Shown: positions 18,617 to 27,388 of the stretch, in pieces | Numbering within the stretch: position 1 is the first letter of the stretch | How the letters are laid out: every line of letters starts with the position of its first letter | Assembly (NCBI GenBank): GCA_002306315.1 | Contig: DBRK01000035.1 | Location: 1 to 53,098, forward strand | DNA: 53,098 nt | Source: Patescibacteria group bacterium UBA1370 | GTDB lineage: Bacteria > Patescibacteriota > Microgenomatia > UBA1400 > PJMF01 | Direction: 5' to 3' | The notes under the pieces: generated by a model | Told to the model about the DNA's origin: nothing | Database searches by the model: none | Seen by the model: the letters and a program-made list of their open reading frames with translations, nothing else | Position numbers and translations under genes: made by a program

Positions 18617-20596
18617 ATGTTTGATTTTTCAAAAGTCACTATCCCGTTTAGAAAAAAGCCAAATACAGAGGATGATCACACCTCAGTGGTAACTCAGGAG
18701 CAACCTGAAAAACCATGTCTACCTTGGTACCGCCGCCTCAAGCGCTGGCAAATTGGCTTGATATTAGCCAGTGTTTCCCTGCTGGCTTCTCTGGCCACCC
18801 TTGGGGTTTTTACTTATTTCGTAGTTATGGACCTCAGGGTGCAGGCTCAGACAGCCAGAGCCACAGCCACGGAGGCTTACACCACTTTTAAAAGCCAGGA
18901 TTTGCCAAAAACCGAAGAAAGTCTGCTCAGCTTGGATGATCAACTGAAAACCATTGATACCACCTATCACAAGCTGTCAATTTATCGCTATGTGCCCTTT
19001 GTCCGCCGCTATTATCTTGACGGCGAACACGTCTTGAACGCCGCAGCAGCAGGGTTATCAGCCGGCAAAAAATCCCTGGCTGCCATCACTCCATACGCCG
19101 ATGTCCTCGGATTTACGGGAGAAGGCAGTTTTGAGGGCGGCACCACAGAAGACCGGGTAAAAGTTATTCTGGAAACATTGGACAAAGTCTCCCCCATTCT
19201 TGACGAGATCACAGCTGATTTGCAGACCGTAGAATCCGAGCTGGCAGAGATTAATCCCGAGGACTATCCGGAAAATCTCCGTGGCATACCTGCTCGCAGC
19301 TATGTGCTTCACGCGCATGAACTCAGCCAAGGAGCTGTTTCTGCCGTCACCGAGTACCGTCCGGTGCTAACTGAGCTACCAAAGATTGCCGGCGGCAATG
19401 GTGAAACTAAAAAATACTTAATCCTTTTCCAAAATGACAATGAGCTCCGTCCTACGGGCGGTTTCCTAACAGCCTATGCCATTATAAATGTCACTGATGG
19501 CAAAGTAGAGGCCGTTCGTTCCGATGATATTTACGAACTTGATCAAAAATTCCGCAAACGGGAACCAATTCCGGAAAAACTGGGCAAATATCTGACCACT
19601 GAACGGCGGTGGAACTTGCGGGATATGAATATTTCTCCCGATTTTAAAGAATCAATGGATACATTTTTTACTCATTATGCTGATGTTCCCGGCGAACCCG
19701 CCGATGAAATCGATGGCATCATCGCCGTCGACACAGAGTTCCTGAAAAAGTTGCTTACGGTGCTAGGACCCGTACAGGTTCCAGGCTATGGAACTTTCAG
19801 CGCCGAAACAGATGCTCGCTGCGACTGTCCGCAAATTATTTATGTACTTTCCGAGATCATCACCCGTCCCACTCCATATCTGAGAGAGGACCGCAAGGGT
19901 ATTCTGGGACCGTTGATGCGGGCAATTTTAAGCAAAGCATACGCAGCACCCAAACAACAGTGGCCAGAACTATTCCGCAGCGGATTTGAAAGCATTGGCA
20001 ACCGTCATATCCAGTTCTATTTCCTGGACGAAAATGCGCAGCTGGCTGCAGAGGCTGCCAACGCCGCCGGAAGACTGGTGCCTGCCGAGGGATCTGATTT
20101 CTTGGCAGTGGTCAATGCCAACCTCGGCGGAGCCAAATCCAACCTATTTACCAGTTATGACATTACACAAACAGTTAGTGCACCAGAAAACGGATATGTA
20201 ACCAGGACAGTGGAAATTACTTATAAAAACAGCCGCAAAGCAGACAACTGCAATCTGGAAGCTGGGTTGTTGTGTCTGAATGCCACTTTGCGAGACTGGA
20301 CGCGGGTATACGTGCCAGCAGGCTCGGAATTGGTCGATGCCCAAGGCTTCACCCAGAGTCCGGAAACTTACGAAGAGAATGGTTTTACGGTCTTTGACGG
20401 CTTCTTTGTGCTCGAGCCTATGGCCCAGGCCAAATTAAAACTCACCTACCGGGTGCCATACCAAGATCCTAATTCCTACAAACTGAAAATCTGGAAGCAG
20501 GGTGGGGTGGATGCTTTTGAGACCATGATTGATGTCACGGGCGGACAGGAGAAACTGACAATTGCTGGCGACACCTTGTACGAAACCCCCTTCTAG
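18617..20596 (+). CDS. DUF4012-like membrane-anchored extracytoplasmic protein
   Basis: One TM (IGLILASVSLLASLATLGVF) and a LILFQNDNELRPTGGF segment that I recall as the DUF4012 hallmark. The family call is from memory. Confidence 0.55.
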   Translation: MFDFSKVTIPFRKKPNTEDDHTSVVTQEQPEKPCLPWYRRLKRWQIGLILASVSLLASLATLGVFTYFVVMDLRVQAQTARATATEAYTTFKSQDLPKTEESLLSLDDQLKTIDTTYHKLSIYRYVPFVRRYYLDGEHVLNAAAAGLSAGKKSLAAITPYADVLGFTGEGSFEGGTTEDRVKVILETLDKVSPILDEITADLQTVESELAEINPEDYPENLRGIPARSYVLHAHELSQGAVSAVTEYRPVLTELPKIAGGNGETKKYLILFQNDNELRPTGGFLTAYAIINVTDGKVEAVRSDDIYELDQKFRKREPIPEKLGKYLTTERRWNLRDMNISPDFKESMDTFFTHYADVPGEPADEIDGIIAVDTEFLKKLLTVLGPVQVPGYGTFSAETDARCDCPQIIYVLSEIITRPTPYLREDRKGILGPLMRAILSKAYAAPKQQWPELFRSGFESIGNRHIQFYFLDENAQLAAEAANAAGRLVPAEGSDFLAVVNANLGGAKSNLFTSYDITQTVSAPENGYVTRTVEITYKNSRKADNCNLEAGLLCLNATLRDWTRVYVPAGSELVDAQGFTQSPETYEENGFTVFDGFFVLEPMAQAKLKLTYRVPYQDPNSYKLKIWKQGGVDAFETMIDVTGGQEKLTIAGDTLYETPF

Positions 20597-20609
20597 ACAA
20601 TACTTTCCC

Positions 20610-20618
20610 TGTTATACT
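20610..20618 (+). promoter_or_regulatory. extended -10 TGtTATACT, 8 nt before ATG 20627
   Basis: Read directly. Confidence 0.4.
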
Positions 20619-20626
20619 GTGGCTGC

Positions 20627-21175
20627 ATGAAAGCAAAAACATACACAATCTCCGGGATTGTCCTGAAACGCGTCAGCACCGGCGAAACCGACCGGATAGT
20701 GACTCTGTTGACCCAAGATCAAGGCAAAATTACCTGTATCGCCAAAGGAGTGCGCAAGCTAAATTCCTCCCGAAGCGCGGTTTTAGAACCGGGAAATTTT
20801 ATCAAAGCCTTCTTGGTTTCCACTAAATCTCTGCCAATCATGACTCAGGCAATTATCATTGAGGACTGTAATGGTATGGCTAATTCCTTGGCCAGCATTC
20901 GCGCCCTTTCACAATTGTTGGAAATTCTGGAAAAACTTTTTGTGGAAGAACAGCTTGATAATCAGACATATCGACTTGTGTTGCTTCTCCGCAAGCAAGT
21001 GATTACCAACAATGCCTCGCCCCAGATCATGCGCCGGCTTTTTGGCCAGCTTATTACCTTGCTTGGATACCAACATCCCGACGATTCCAAATACGACACC
21101 ATCAGCGACTACATCTCTGCTTTATCTGATAAACCGGTGCGCAGCTTTGAATATTTGCAGGTCAAAGGCAGCTAG
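20627..21175 (+). CDS. recO: DNA repair protein RecO (short form, 182 aa)
   Basis: N-terminal OB-fold pattern GIVLKRVSTGETDRIVTLLTQDQGKITCIAKGVRK. It is shorter than typical RecO (about 240-260 aa). Confidence 0.7.
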   Translation: MKAKTYTISGIVLKRVSTGETDRIVTLLTQDQGKITCIAKGVRKLNSSRSAVLEPGNFIKAFLVSTKSLPIMTQAIIIEDCNGMANSLASIRALSQLLEILEKLFVEEQLDNQTYRLVLLLRKQVITNNASPQIMRRLFGQLITLLGYQHPDDSKYDTISDYISALSDKPVRSFEYLQVKGS

Positions 21176-21203
21176 AACAGTGAAAACAACATAACCCCTA
21201 ATG

Positions 21204-21212
21204 TGTTAAAAT
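21204..21212 (+). promoter_or_regulatory. extended -10 TGtTAAAAT upstream of glyQS
   Basis: Read directly, 15 nt before ATG 21228. GTGAAAAC lies at 21180-21187 just upstream. Confidence 0.35.
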
Positions 21213-21227
21213 TGACATATTCGTTTT

Positions 21228-22646
21228 ATGTCTGAAAACCAAGCCCAACCCCCGCTGGAAGATATTGTCTCGCTCTGTAAAAGACGGGGTTTTGTTTTTC
21301 GTACCTCCGAAATTTATGGCGGTTTTGCCAATTCCTATGATTACGGTCCACTCGGAGCAGAACTCTTGCACAACATCCGCAACCTCTGGTGGCAGGAATT
21401 TGTCACCCTGCGGCCGGATATGGTCGGTATTGATTCGCAGATTCTTCAGCATCCGGAAACCTGGGTGGCCTCCGGGCATGTTGGCTCTTTTCACGATCCA
21501 CTAGTCGAAGACACAGTAACCCACAAGCGGTACCGGGCAGATCATGTCATTGAGGCTTGGGTGCAAAAAGCCAAAGAGGAAAACCCCGCAAGTTTTCAGG
21601 ATTTTTCCGTCGAAGACCTCAGCATTGAGGAGATGGAAGCTTTTCTGAGCGAAAATCAAGTCACCAGCCCTGATGGCAATCCTCTAACAGCTCCAAAAAC
21701 CTTTAATTTGCTGATGGAAACTGAACTCGGAGTTATTTCCGGTGAAAAATACAAGGTATATCTCCGCGGAGAAACAGCTCAAGGTATTTTTACTAATTTC
21801 CGGCAAATTCTGGACACAACCAGAGTTACTCTGCCTTTTGGCATCGGCCAGATTGGCAAAAGCTTCCGCAATGAGATCACCACCGGACAATTTGTCTTCC
21901 GGACCATCGAGTTTGAACAGGCAGAAATCGAGTACTTCTTCAACCCCGAAACTACCCACTGGCAGGAGTTATTCCAATCCTGGCAAGAGAGCATGTGGAA
22001 TTTTGTCACCAAAACCCTGGGTGTTAGGGAAGAAAACCTACAATGGCGGCAACACTCAGACAAGGAACGAAGTTTCTACAGCAAGGACACTTGGGATCTT
22101 GACTACCGCTTCCCATTTGGCTGGAAGGAATTGTGGGGCATTGCTTACAGGACTGATTACGATCTCAAGGCTCAGCAGACTCACTCCGGACAAAACCTGG
22201 AATACCGTGACCCGCACACTGGGGAAACTTTCCTGCCGCACGTTATCGAGCCGGCAGTCGGCATCAATCGCTTGCTGCTGATGGTGCTGACAGACGCCTA
22301 CTGGGTTGATCAAGAAAACAACCGAACAGTCTTGCGGTTGAGTCCACGGGCAGCGCCTTATAAGGCTGCTGTCTTTCCTTTGCTCAAGAATAAACCTGAG
22401 CTTGTCAGCAAAGCACAGGAGATCTTTGCGGGCTTGAGCCGGCAATTTCCGGTGGTTTGGGATGACCGCGGAAATATCGGTAAACGATATCTTTATCAAG
22501 ACGAAATCGGCACTCCTTTCTGTATCACCGTTGATTTTGAAACTCTGGAGAACGGCACCGTCACCCTCCGGCACCGGGATACCACCGAGCAAGAGCGGTT
22601 ACATGCAGACGAAGTTGCTGACTGGATAAAATCTCTCCTTCAGTAA
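21228..22646 (+). CDS. glyQS: glycine--tRNA ligase (homodimeric class II type)
   Basis: LCKRRGFVFRTSEIYGGFANSYDYGPLG, RGETAQGIF and FRNEITTGQFVFRTIEFEQAEIEYF motifs. Confidence 0.9.
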   Translation: MSENQAQPPLEDIVSLCKRRGFVFRTSEIYGGFANSYDYGPLGAELLHNIRNLWWQEFVTLRPDMVGIDSQILQHPETWVASGHVGSFHDPLVEDTVTHKRYRADHVIEAWVQKAKEENPASFQDFSVEDLSIEEMEAFLSENQVTSPDGNPLTAPKTFNLLMETELGVISGEKYKVYLRGETAQGIFTNFRQILDTTRVTLPFGIGQIGKSFRNEITTGQFVFRTIEFEQAEIEYFFNPETTHWQELFQSWQESMWNFVTKTLGVREENLQWRQHSDKERSFYSKDTWDLDYRFPFGWKELWGIAYRTDYDLKAQQTHSGQNLEYRDPHTGETFLPHVIEPAVGINRLLLMVLTDAYWVDQENNRTVLRLSPRAAPYKAAVFPLLKNKPELVSKAQEIFAGLSRQFPVVWDDRGNIGKRYLYQDEIGTPFCITVDFETLENGTVTLRHRDTTEQERLHADEVADWIKSLLQ

Positions 22647-22674
22647 TATCCCTAATTATTAGGCTATTTCGGCG

Positions 22675-22857
22675 GTGGCAATTGCTGGCTTCATTGTGTT
22701 GCCTGGTTGCGCTCTGGCACCAATCAACAGCTTGGTTGCTCATGAAACAAGGGGGTCGCGAAAACTTTTTGAGGCTGATAATTTAGCCAGGGAAGAAGGT
22801 TTTCCAGGCACATTAGCAGAGTTCAAAGCACAACAACAAATGAAACACCCTATTTAA
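22675..22857 (+). CDS. possible small lipoprotein-like ORF (GTG start), doubtful
   Basis: 60 aa with a weak lipobox-like LPGC and no Shine-Dalgarno. It is the only ORF in a 256-bp gap. Confidence 0.2.
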   Translation: MAIAGFIVLPGCALAPINSLVAHETRGSRKLFEADNLAREEGFPGTLAEFKAQQQMKHPI

Positions 22858-22902
22858 TTGTTTTTGTTGCAATCTAACTCCAGACAAGCAATAATCTACA
22901 CT

Positions 22903-23703
22903 ATGAATAAAAAATTCCTCGCTATAGGCGGTGTTATCTTGGCCTTACTGATAGTTGGCGGCATCTTTGCCTACAACCAGTTCACCAAGCCCGCTGCCGA
23001 CACCCAAACCAACAATAAGAAAAAGATAGCTGAGCCGCTCAATGTTATCCCCGTGGCTGAGCGTCCCTATATGCAGATCTCACCTGTTGCAGATGGCAGA
23101 AATATCCAAATTATTGTCAAAGAAGTAAAAAAGCCTGCTGAAAGCGTTGACTATGAGTTGGAATATCAGGCTGGTACACTTTTGCAAGGTATTTTTGGCA
23201 CGCTGCAACTGAGTAATTTGCCTGCTAGCGTAACAGAATTGATGGGCAGCTGCAGTGCCGGGGGAGCTTGTGCCTACCACGAGGATGTTAAAGGCGGCAC
23301 TCTCCTAACCAGATTTTCCGGTCCGGAAAATTATGCTCTGAAATCTGACTGGAAATATATCGATAATTCAACCAGGGAAACAGAGTTCGCCTCCAAAGAC
23401 TCCAAATTCCAGCTCACCTCTGCCAGCCTGGCTAACCAGAGGTATCTGGTTATCTTCAACACTGCCGGCTATCCGGAGGGCTTGGAAGGAAACCCAGTCT
23501 CAGATCCTTATTCTTTGGCTGTATCCTCCGCGTTGAGCGGCAAGGGCACTCTCACCATGAGAGCAAATGAGGATGGCGAGCTAAAGATCATGGGTTGGAA
23601 TGGCAGCGAGTGGATCAACTTTGGCGGCGAGGTAAGTGCCGAGGATTCCAAGATGGTCTCAGCTGAAGTAGATTTGGTTGAACTCTATATTGTCGTCAAA
23701 TAA
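22903..23703 (+). CDS. hypothetical N-terminally membrane-anchored extracytoplasmic protein
   Basis: MNKKFLAIGGVILALLIVGGIFAY anchor. I recognise no family. ATG 22903 is preferred over TTG 22858. Confidence 0.5.
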   Translation: MNKKFLAIGGVILALLIVGGIFAYNQFTKPAADTQTNNKKKIAEPLNVIPVAERPYMQISPVADGRNIQIIVKEVKKPAESVDYELEYQAGTLLQGIFGTLQLSNLPASVTELMGSCSAGGACAYHEDVKGGTLLTRFSGPENYALKSDWKYIDNSTRETEFASKDSKFQLTSASLANQRYLVIFNTAGYPEGLEGNPVSDPYSLAVSSALSGKGTLTMRANEDGELKIMGWNGSEWINFGGEVSAEDSKMVSAEVDLVELYIVVK

Positions 23704-23723
23704 GAAGAACATTTGATTTTTTT

Positions 23724-23749
23724 AGGCCGGTCTCCTGACCGGCCTTTTT
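23724..23749 (+). terminator. rho-independent terminator
   Basis: AGGCCGGTC-tcct-GACCGGCCT stem-loop followed by TTTT. Confidence 0.7.
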
Positions 23750-23820
23750 ATTGCCCTTAAAATTCCCCTAATAAATATTTATAAGCTGTTTTGTCATAGT
23801 ACTTTCGGATATTGTGAGCC

Positions 23821-23849
23821 TTTACAAGTAAAATTATGCCTGGCATACT
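23821..23849 (+). promoter_or_regulatory. candidate dcw promoter: -35 TTTACA, 17-nt spacer, extended -10 TGgCATACT
   Basis: Read directly: TTTACA at 23821-23826 and TGGCATACT at 23841-23849. Confidence 0.45.
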
Positions 23850-23861
23850 TCATTTATTAAC

Positions 23862-23880
23862 AAATGGGATAAAATGGGAA
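23862..23880 (+). promoter_or_regulatory. candidate MraZ operator: two direct AAATGGGA repeats with 10-bp periodicity
   Basis: AAATGGGAT-A-AAATGGGAA, between the candidate promoter and the mraZ ATG. E. coli MraZ binds TGGGN direct repeats spaced by 5 nt. Confidence 0.35.
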
Positions 23881-23892
23881 ATAAGCTTATAA

Positions 23893-24324
23893 ATGTTCAT
23901 CGGGAAATATTATCACAAGTTGGAAAGCAATCGACGGCTTTCCTTACCGAAAAGTTTCCGCGATGGACATAGCGCCTGGGTCATAACCCGAGGACTGGAC
24001 GGCAGCTTATTTCTCTATACCGCAGAGGACTTCGAAACGGAAATAGCCAACTTCGAAGCCCGCACCTTCACAAAAAAAACCAACCGCGACTTCATCCGGC
24101 TAATGACTAATGAGGCGCAAATGCTGCAGGTCGACAGAAGTGGCCGAGTACAACTGCCCGAGTACTTGGCAAATCTGGCTGGCTTAAATAAAGAAGTGGT
24201 TGTTGTCGGCTCCCTAAAAAGAATTGAGATCTGGGACCAACAACGCTACCACGCCTACGTGGACACAATAGAAAGCCAAGCCGAAGAGATCGCAGAACGA
24301 CTCGAGGAAGACAAGGATGAATAA
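23893..24324 (+). CDS. mraZ: transcriptional regulator MraZ
   Basis: MFIGKYYHKLESNRRLSLPKSFR and a second half with GRVQLPEYL (duplicated SpoVT/AbrB-like domains). Confidence 0.9.
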   Translation: MFIGKYYHKLESNRRLSLPKSFRDGHSAWVITRGLDGSLFLYTAEDFETEIANFEARTFTKKTNRDFIRLMTNEAQMLQVDRSGRVQLPEYLANLAGLNKEVVVVGSLKRIEIWDQQRYHAYVDTIESQAEEIAERLEEDKDE

Positions 24325-25204
24325 CGCGCACGTGCCGGTGATGCTCTCCGAAGCCACTGAGGCTTTGCAGATCCACCCGAATGAATGGTATATCGATGCC
24401 ACCTTTGGGGGTGGCGGACATACCGGAGAAATCCTCAGGCAGGGAGGCAATGTCCTGGCATTTGACTGGGATCGTCCGGCAATTGAAGCTGGCAACAAGA
24501 AGTTTGCCGACCATATCAATCAAGGCAAGCTTGTTCTCATCAGAGAAAGTTTTGCCAAGCTGCATGATGAAACCACAAAGATGCAGACTGAACAAAAAGT
24601 CGGAAGAATTCAAGGAATCCTGTTCGATTTCGGGACCAGCACCGACCAGCTGCTATCAAGCGAACGAGGTTTCAGCTTCACCGGAGACGGCGAGCTGGAC
24701 ATGAGAATGGATGACCGGTTGGGAGTTCAAGCCAAAGACATTTTGGCGGTTGTGCCGGAAAAACAGCTCAGCGAGTTGTTTCTGGAAACCGGCGGCGAAC
24801 CACAGGCCAGGAAAATTGCCAAGGCAATTAAATCCAGCCCAGTGCCAATAACTACTACCGGCCAACTAGCCGAACTGGTGAAAAAAGTCAAAAAAGGCAG
24901 AACAGGCAAACTGCATCCCGCCACCAAGGTTTTCCAAGCCTTGCGGATTGCAGTAAACAGTGAGCTTGAACAGATTAGTTTAGCCTTGCCGCAGGCTTTG
25001 GATCTGCTGCAACCTGGAGGCAGTATTGTCACCATCGCTTTCCATGAAGGAGAGGACAGGATAGCCAAGCGCTATTTCCGGGAATGGGCTAAAACAGGCT
25101 TAGGAGAAGAGTCCGGGCCTTTCACCCCGGCGGATGGGGAAGTGCAGAAAAATCCGCGTGCCAGGAGCGCCAAGCTCCGCGTGTTTAGAAAGACAAATGA
25201 ATAA
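24317..25204 (+). CDS. rsmH: 16S rRNA (cytosine1402-N4)-methyltransferase RsmH
   Basis: HVPVMLSE, DATFGGGGH, FDFGTSTDQL, HPATKVFQALRIAVN and FHEGEDR motifs. Confidence 0.9.
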   Translation: MNNAHVPVMLSEATEALQIHPNEWYIDATFGGGGHTGEILRQGGNVLAFDWDRPAIEAGNKKFADHINQGKLVLIRESFAKLHDETTKMQTEQKVGRIQGILFDFGTSTDQLLSSERGFSFTGDGELDMRMDDRLGVQAKDILAVVPEKQLSELFLETGGEPQARKIAKAIKSSPVPITTTGQLAELVKKVKKGRTGKLHPATKVFQALRIAVNSELEQISLALPQALDLLQPGGSIVTIAFHEGEDRIAKRYFREWAKTGLGEESGPFTPADGEVQKNPRARSAKLRVFRKTNE

Positions 25205-25484
25205 AAAAATTGCTTTACTTTATATCGTCAGTTTGATAGTACTCGCCGGCAAAGTAGTCGGGACTATCTACCAAGGCAGCATGGTGGTCAACCATGGCAG
25301 CAGAATAGCAGAGCTGCAACGGGAAAAACAACAACTGGAAAAACGTGAGCTGGAGCTGCAAACCACGTTGGCCGGGTCCATTTCAATTGCCAGTGTTGCC
25401 AATTCGCAGGAAATCAAAAACTACGAACCGATCGATAGTCCAATCGTGGTCATTCCCACCTCTGCTGTGGCCGCCAATCTCTAG
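25197..25484 (+). CDS. FtsL-like cell division protein (small bitopic, coiled coil)
   Basis: 95 aa with a TM (IALLYIVSLIVLAGKVV) followed by the heptad-like LQREKQQLEKRELELQ. Position is canonical, between rsmH and ftsI. ATG 25197 overlaps the rsmH stop. Confidence 0.55.
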   Translation: MNKKIALLYIVSLIVLAGKVVGTIYQGSMVVNHGSRIAELQREKQQLEKRELELQTTLAGSISIASVANSQEIKNYEPIDSPIVVIPTSAVAANL

Positions 25485-25523
25485 TACCCTTCATAGCCCA
25501 GGTGAAGTACCATAGGCGTGTAT

Positions 25524-27308
25524 ATGGATAACACCAACAGAGAAAAACTGGTTGTTTTTTTGATGTATGCCGCCTTTGTTACCATCATTTCCAGACTATT
25601 CTATTGGCAAATCATAAAAGGCGAGTCTCTGCAGGCTGCTGCGGAAAATCAATATGAGCGCACTATCACTCAAACCGGCAGCCGGGGAACCATTTATACA
25701 GCAGATGGCTACATTCTAGTGAGCAATAAACCAGTTTATAGGTTGTTTGCACAGCCGGCTCAACTGGAGATTCCGCCGGAGTCGGTTGTCAACCAAATCG
25801 TTCCCCTGCTTTTGCCTGAGTACAAGGAATACAAGGACGCGAGCACTAGCGCGGCATTGGAAGAGCTAAGCACAAAGATCAAGGAGGATTTTAACAGCAA
25901 GCTCTCCAAGAAAGATTCTCAATGGGTCAGCCTGAAAACCGAAATTTCAGAACCAACTAAAGAACAAATTGAATCATTAAAAATCCATGGCCTCGGTTTT
26001 GACCAATATCAAAAGCGGGATTATCCGGAAGCTTCGATGGCTGCTCACTTGACAGGTTTCGTAGGCAAAGATGAAAGCGGCAATGACTTGGGATATTTCG
26101 GGCTGGAAGGGGCACTGGAAAAAGAACTACAGGCACGTTCCAGTACAAATACCGTCATTACTGATGCCCTTGGAGGATTGCTGGTGGGTAATCCTGCATC
26201 AGTCAGCTATGTGGACGGCCGTAACGTGACCACCTCGATTAGACGGGATGTGCAATATGCTGTCGAACAGAGCTTGAAGGTAGGAATTGAAAAATACGGT
26301 GCGGCTGCGGGCGAGGCAATAGTTATGGAGCCGGCAACAGGAAAAATCCTTGCCCTAGCAGCTTATCCGAACTATGACCAGTCTGCTTTCATCGACTTCA
26401 GCCCGGATTTGTACAAAAATCCCAGTATCGCCAACCTTTACGAACCAGGTTCGACGTTTAAAATCTTGACAGTCGCCGCCGGCATAGATACCGGCAAAAT
26501 TACAGCCGAAACCACTTGCCCGAGGTGTTCCAGTCCCAGAGTTTTTGGTCAGTACACTATCCGGACTTGGAATGATGTTTATAATCCCAATATTTCCATG
26601 ATTGATGCATTGGCCAAATCCGATAACACAGCTATGATATATGTCGCCGAGTTACTTGGGGCAGACACTTTTCAAAAATACATCAAGGCTTTTGGTATCG
26701 GAGAGCCATTGCACTTGGAACTGCAGGAGGATACTGCCACTCCTTTTCCTGACCAATGGAACCCAGTCAGGCTGGCAACCGCCTCCTTTGGTCAGGGAAT
26801 TTTAACCAACAGCCTGCAAATGCTCAGGGCGGTCAGCACCATAGCCAATGATGGCGTGATGATGAAACCGATTATTGTCACCGAGGTTTCTGATCCGACT
26901 ACTGGAGAGACAATCACAACCCCTGTAAGAGAAGAACGGCGGGTGGTCTCAGCTGCCACTGCCCAAGAAGTCACCAGAATGATGATCCACGCCGCCCAAA
27001 GCGGCGAAGCTCAATGGACCGCCTCTCGCACTCACACTATCGCTGGAAAAACCGGAACTTCGCAGGTGGCGATAGTGGGAGGATATGCGGAGGATAAAAC
27101 GGTGGCTAGTTTTATTGGTTTCGCACCGCCGGATAACCCTAAGTTTGTTCTCTTAGTCAAATTAACCGAACCAACCAGTTCACCCTGGGCAGCAGAAACA
27201 GCAGCGCCTTTGTGGTATCACATCGCCGAGAGGTTATATCTGCTTTTAAACATTCCGCCAGACAGAATTCAGTCAAGCTCCTCAAGTCCCGAGCAAACCG
27301 AAAACTAG
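25524..27308 (+). CDS. ftsI: class B penicillin-binding protein / peptidoglycan D,D-transpeptidase (FtsI-like)
   Basis: N-terminal TM, then SxxK (GSTFKILT), SxN (KSDNTAM) and KTG (GKTGTSQ) motifs. GTG 25518 is an alternative start. Confidence 0.85.
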   Translation: MDNTNREKLVVFLMYAAFVTIISRLFYWQIIKGESLQAAAENQYERTITQTGSRGTIYTADGYILVSNKPVYRLFAQPAQLEIPPESVVNQIVPLLLPEYKEYKDASTSAALEELSTKIKEDFNSKLSKKDSQWVSLKTEISEPTKEQIESLKIHGLGFDQYQKRDYPEASMAAHLTGFVGKDESGNDLGYFGLEGALEKELQARSSTNTVITDALGGLLVGNPASVSYVDGRNVTTSIRRDVQYAVEQSLKVGIEKYGAAAGEAIVMEPATGKILALAAYPNYDQSAFIDFSPDLYKNPSIANLYEPGSTFKILTVAAGIDTGKITAETTCPRCSSPRVFGQYTIRTWNDVYNPNISMIDALAKSDNTAMIYVAELLGADTFQKYIKAFGIGEPLHLELQEDTATPFPDQWNPVRLATASFGQGILTNSLQMLRAVSTIANDGVMMKPIIVTEVSDPTTGETITTPVREERRVVSAATAQEVTRMMIHAAQSGEAQWTASRTHTIAGKTGTSQVAIVGGYAEDKTVASFIGFAPPDNPKFVLLVKLTEPTSSPWAAETAAPLWYHIAERLYLLLNIPPDRIQSSSSSPEQTEN

Positions 27309-27376
27309 AAACAACCTTGTTAAATCCTCCAGTAAAGATCCAGGCTGGATTTGGTAGACTTACACTTTGCTTCGGC

Positions 27377-27382
27377 TATAAT
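27377..27382 (+). promoter_or_regulatory. -10 TATAAT, 6 nt before ATG 27389 (leaderless geometry)
   Basis: TATAAT-aggttc-ATG read directly. Confidence 0.35.
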
Positions 27383-27388
27383 AGGTTC

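Noticed and set aside
22651-22663. 13-bp palindrome CCTAAT-T-ATTAGG after glyQS as a terminator
   Set aside because: A 1-nt loop cannot form a hairpin and no U-run follows. Palindromes of this size are expected by chance. It is mentioned only as part of the unassigned gap.
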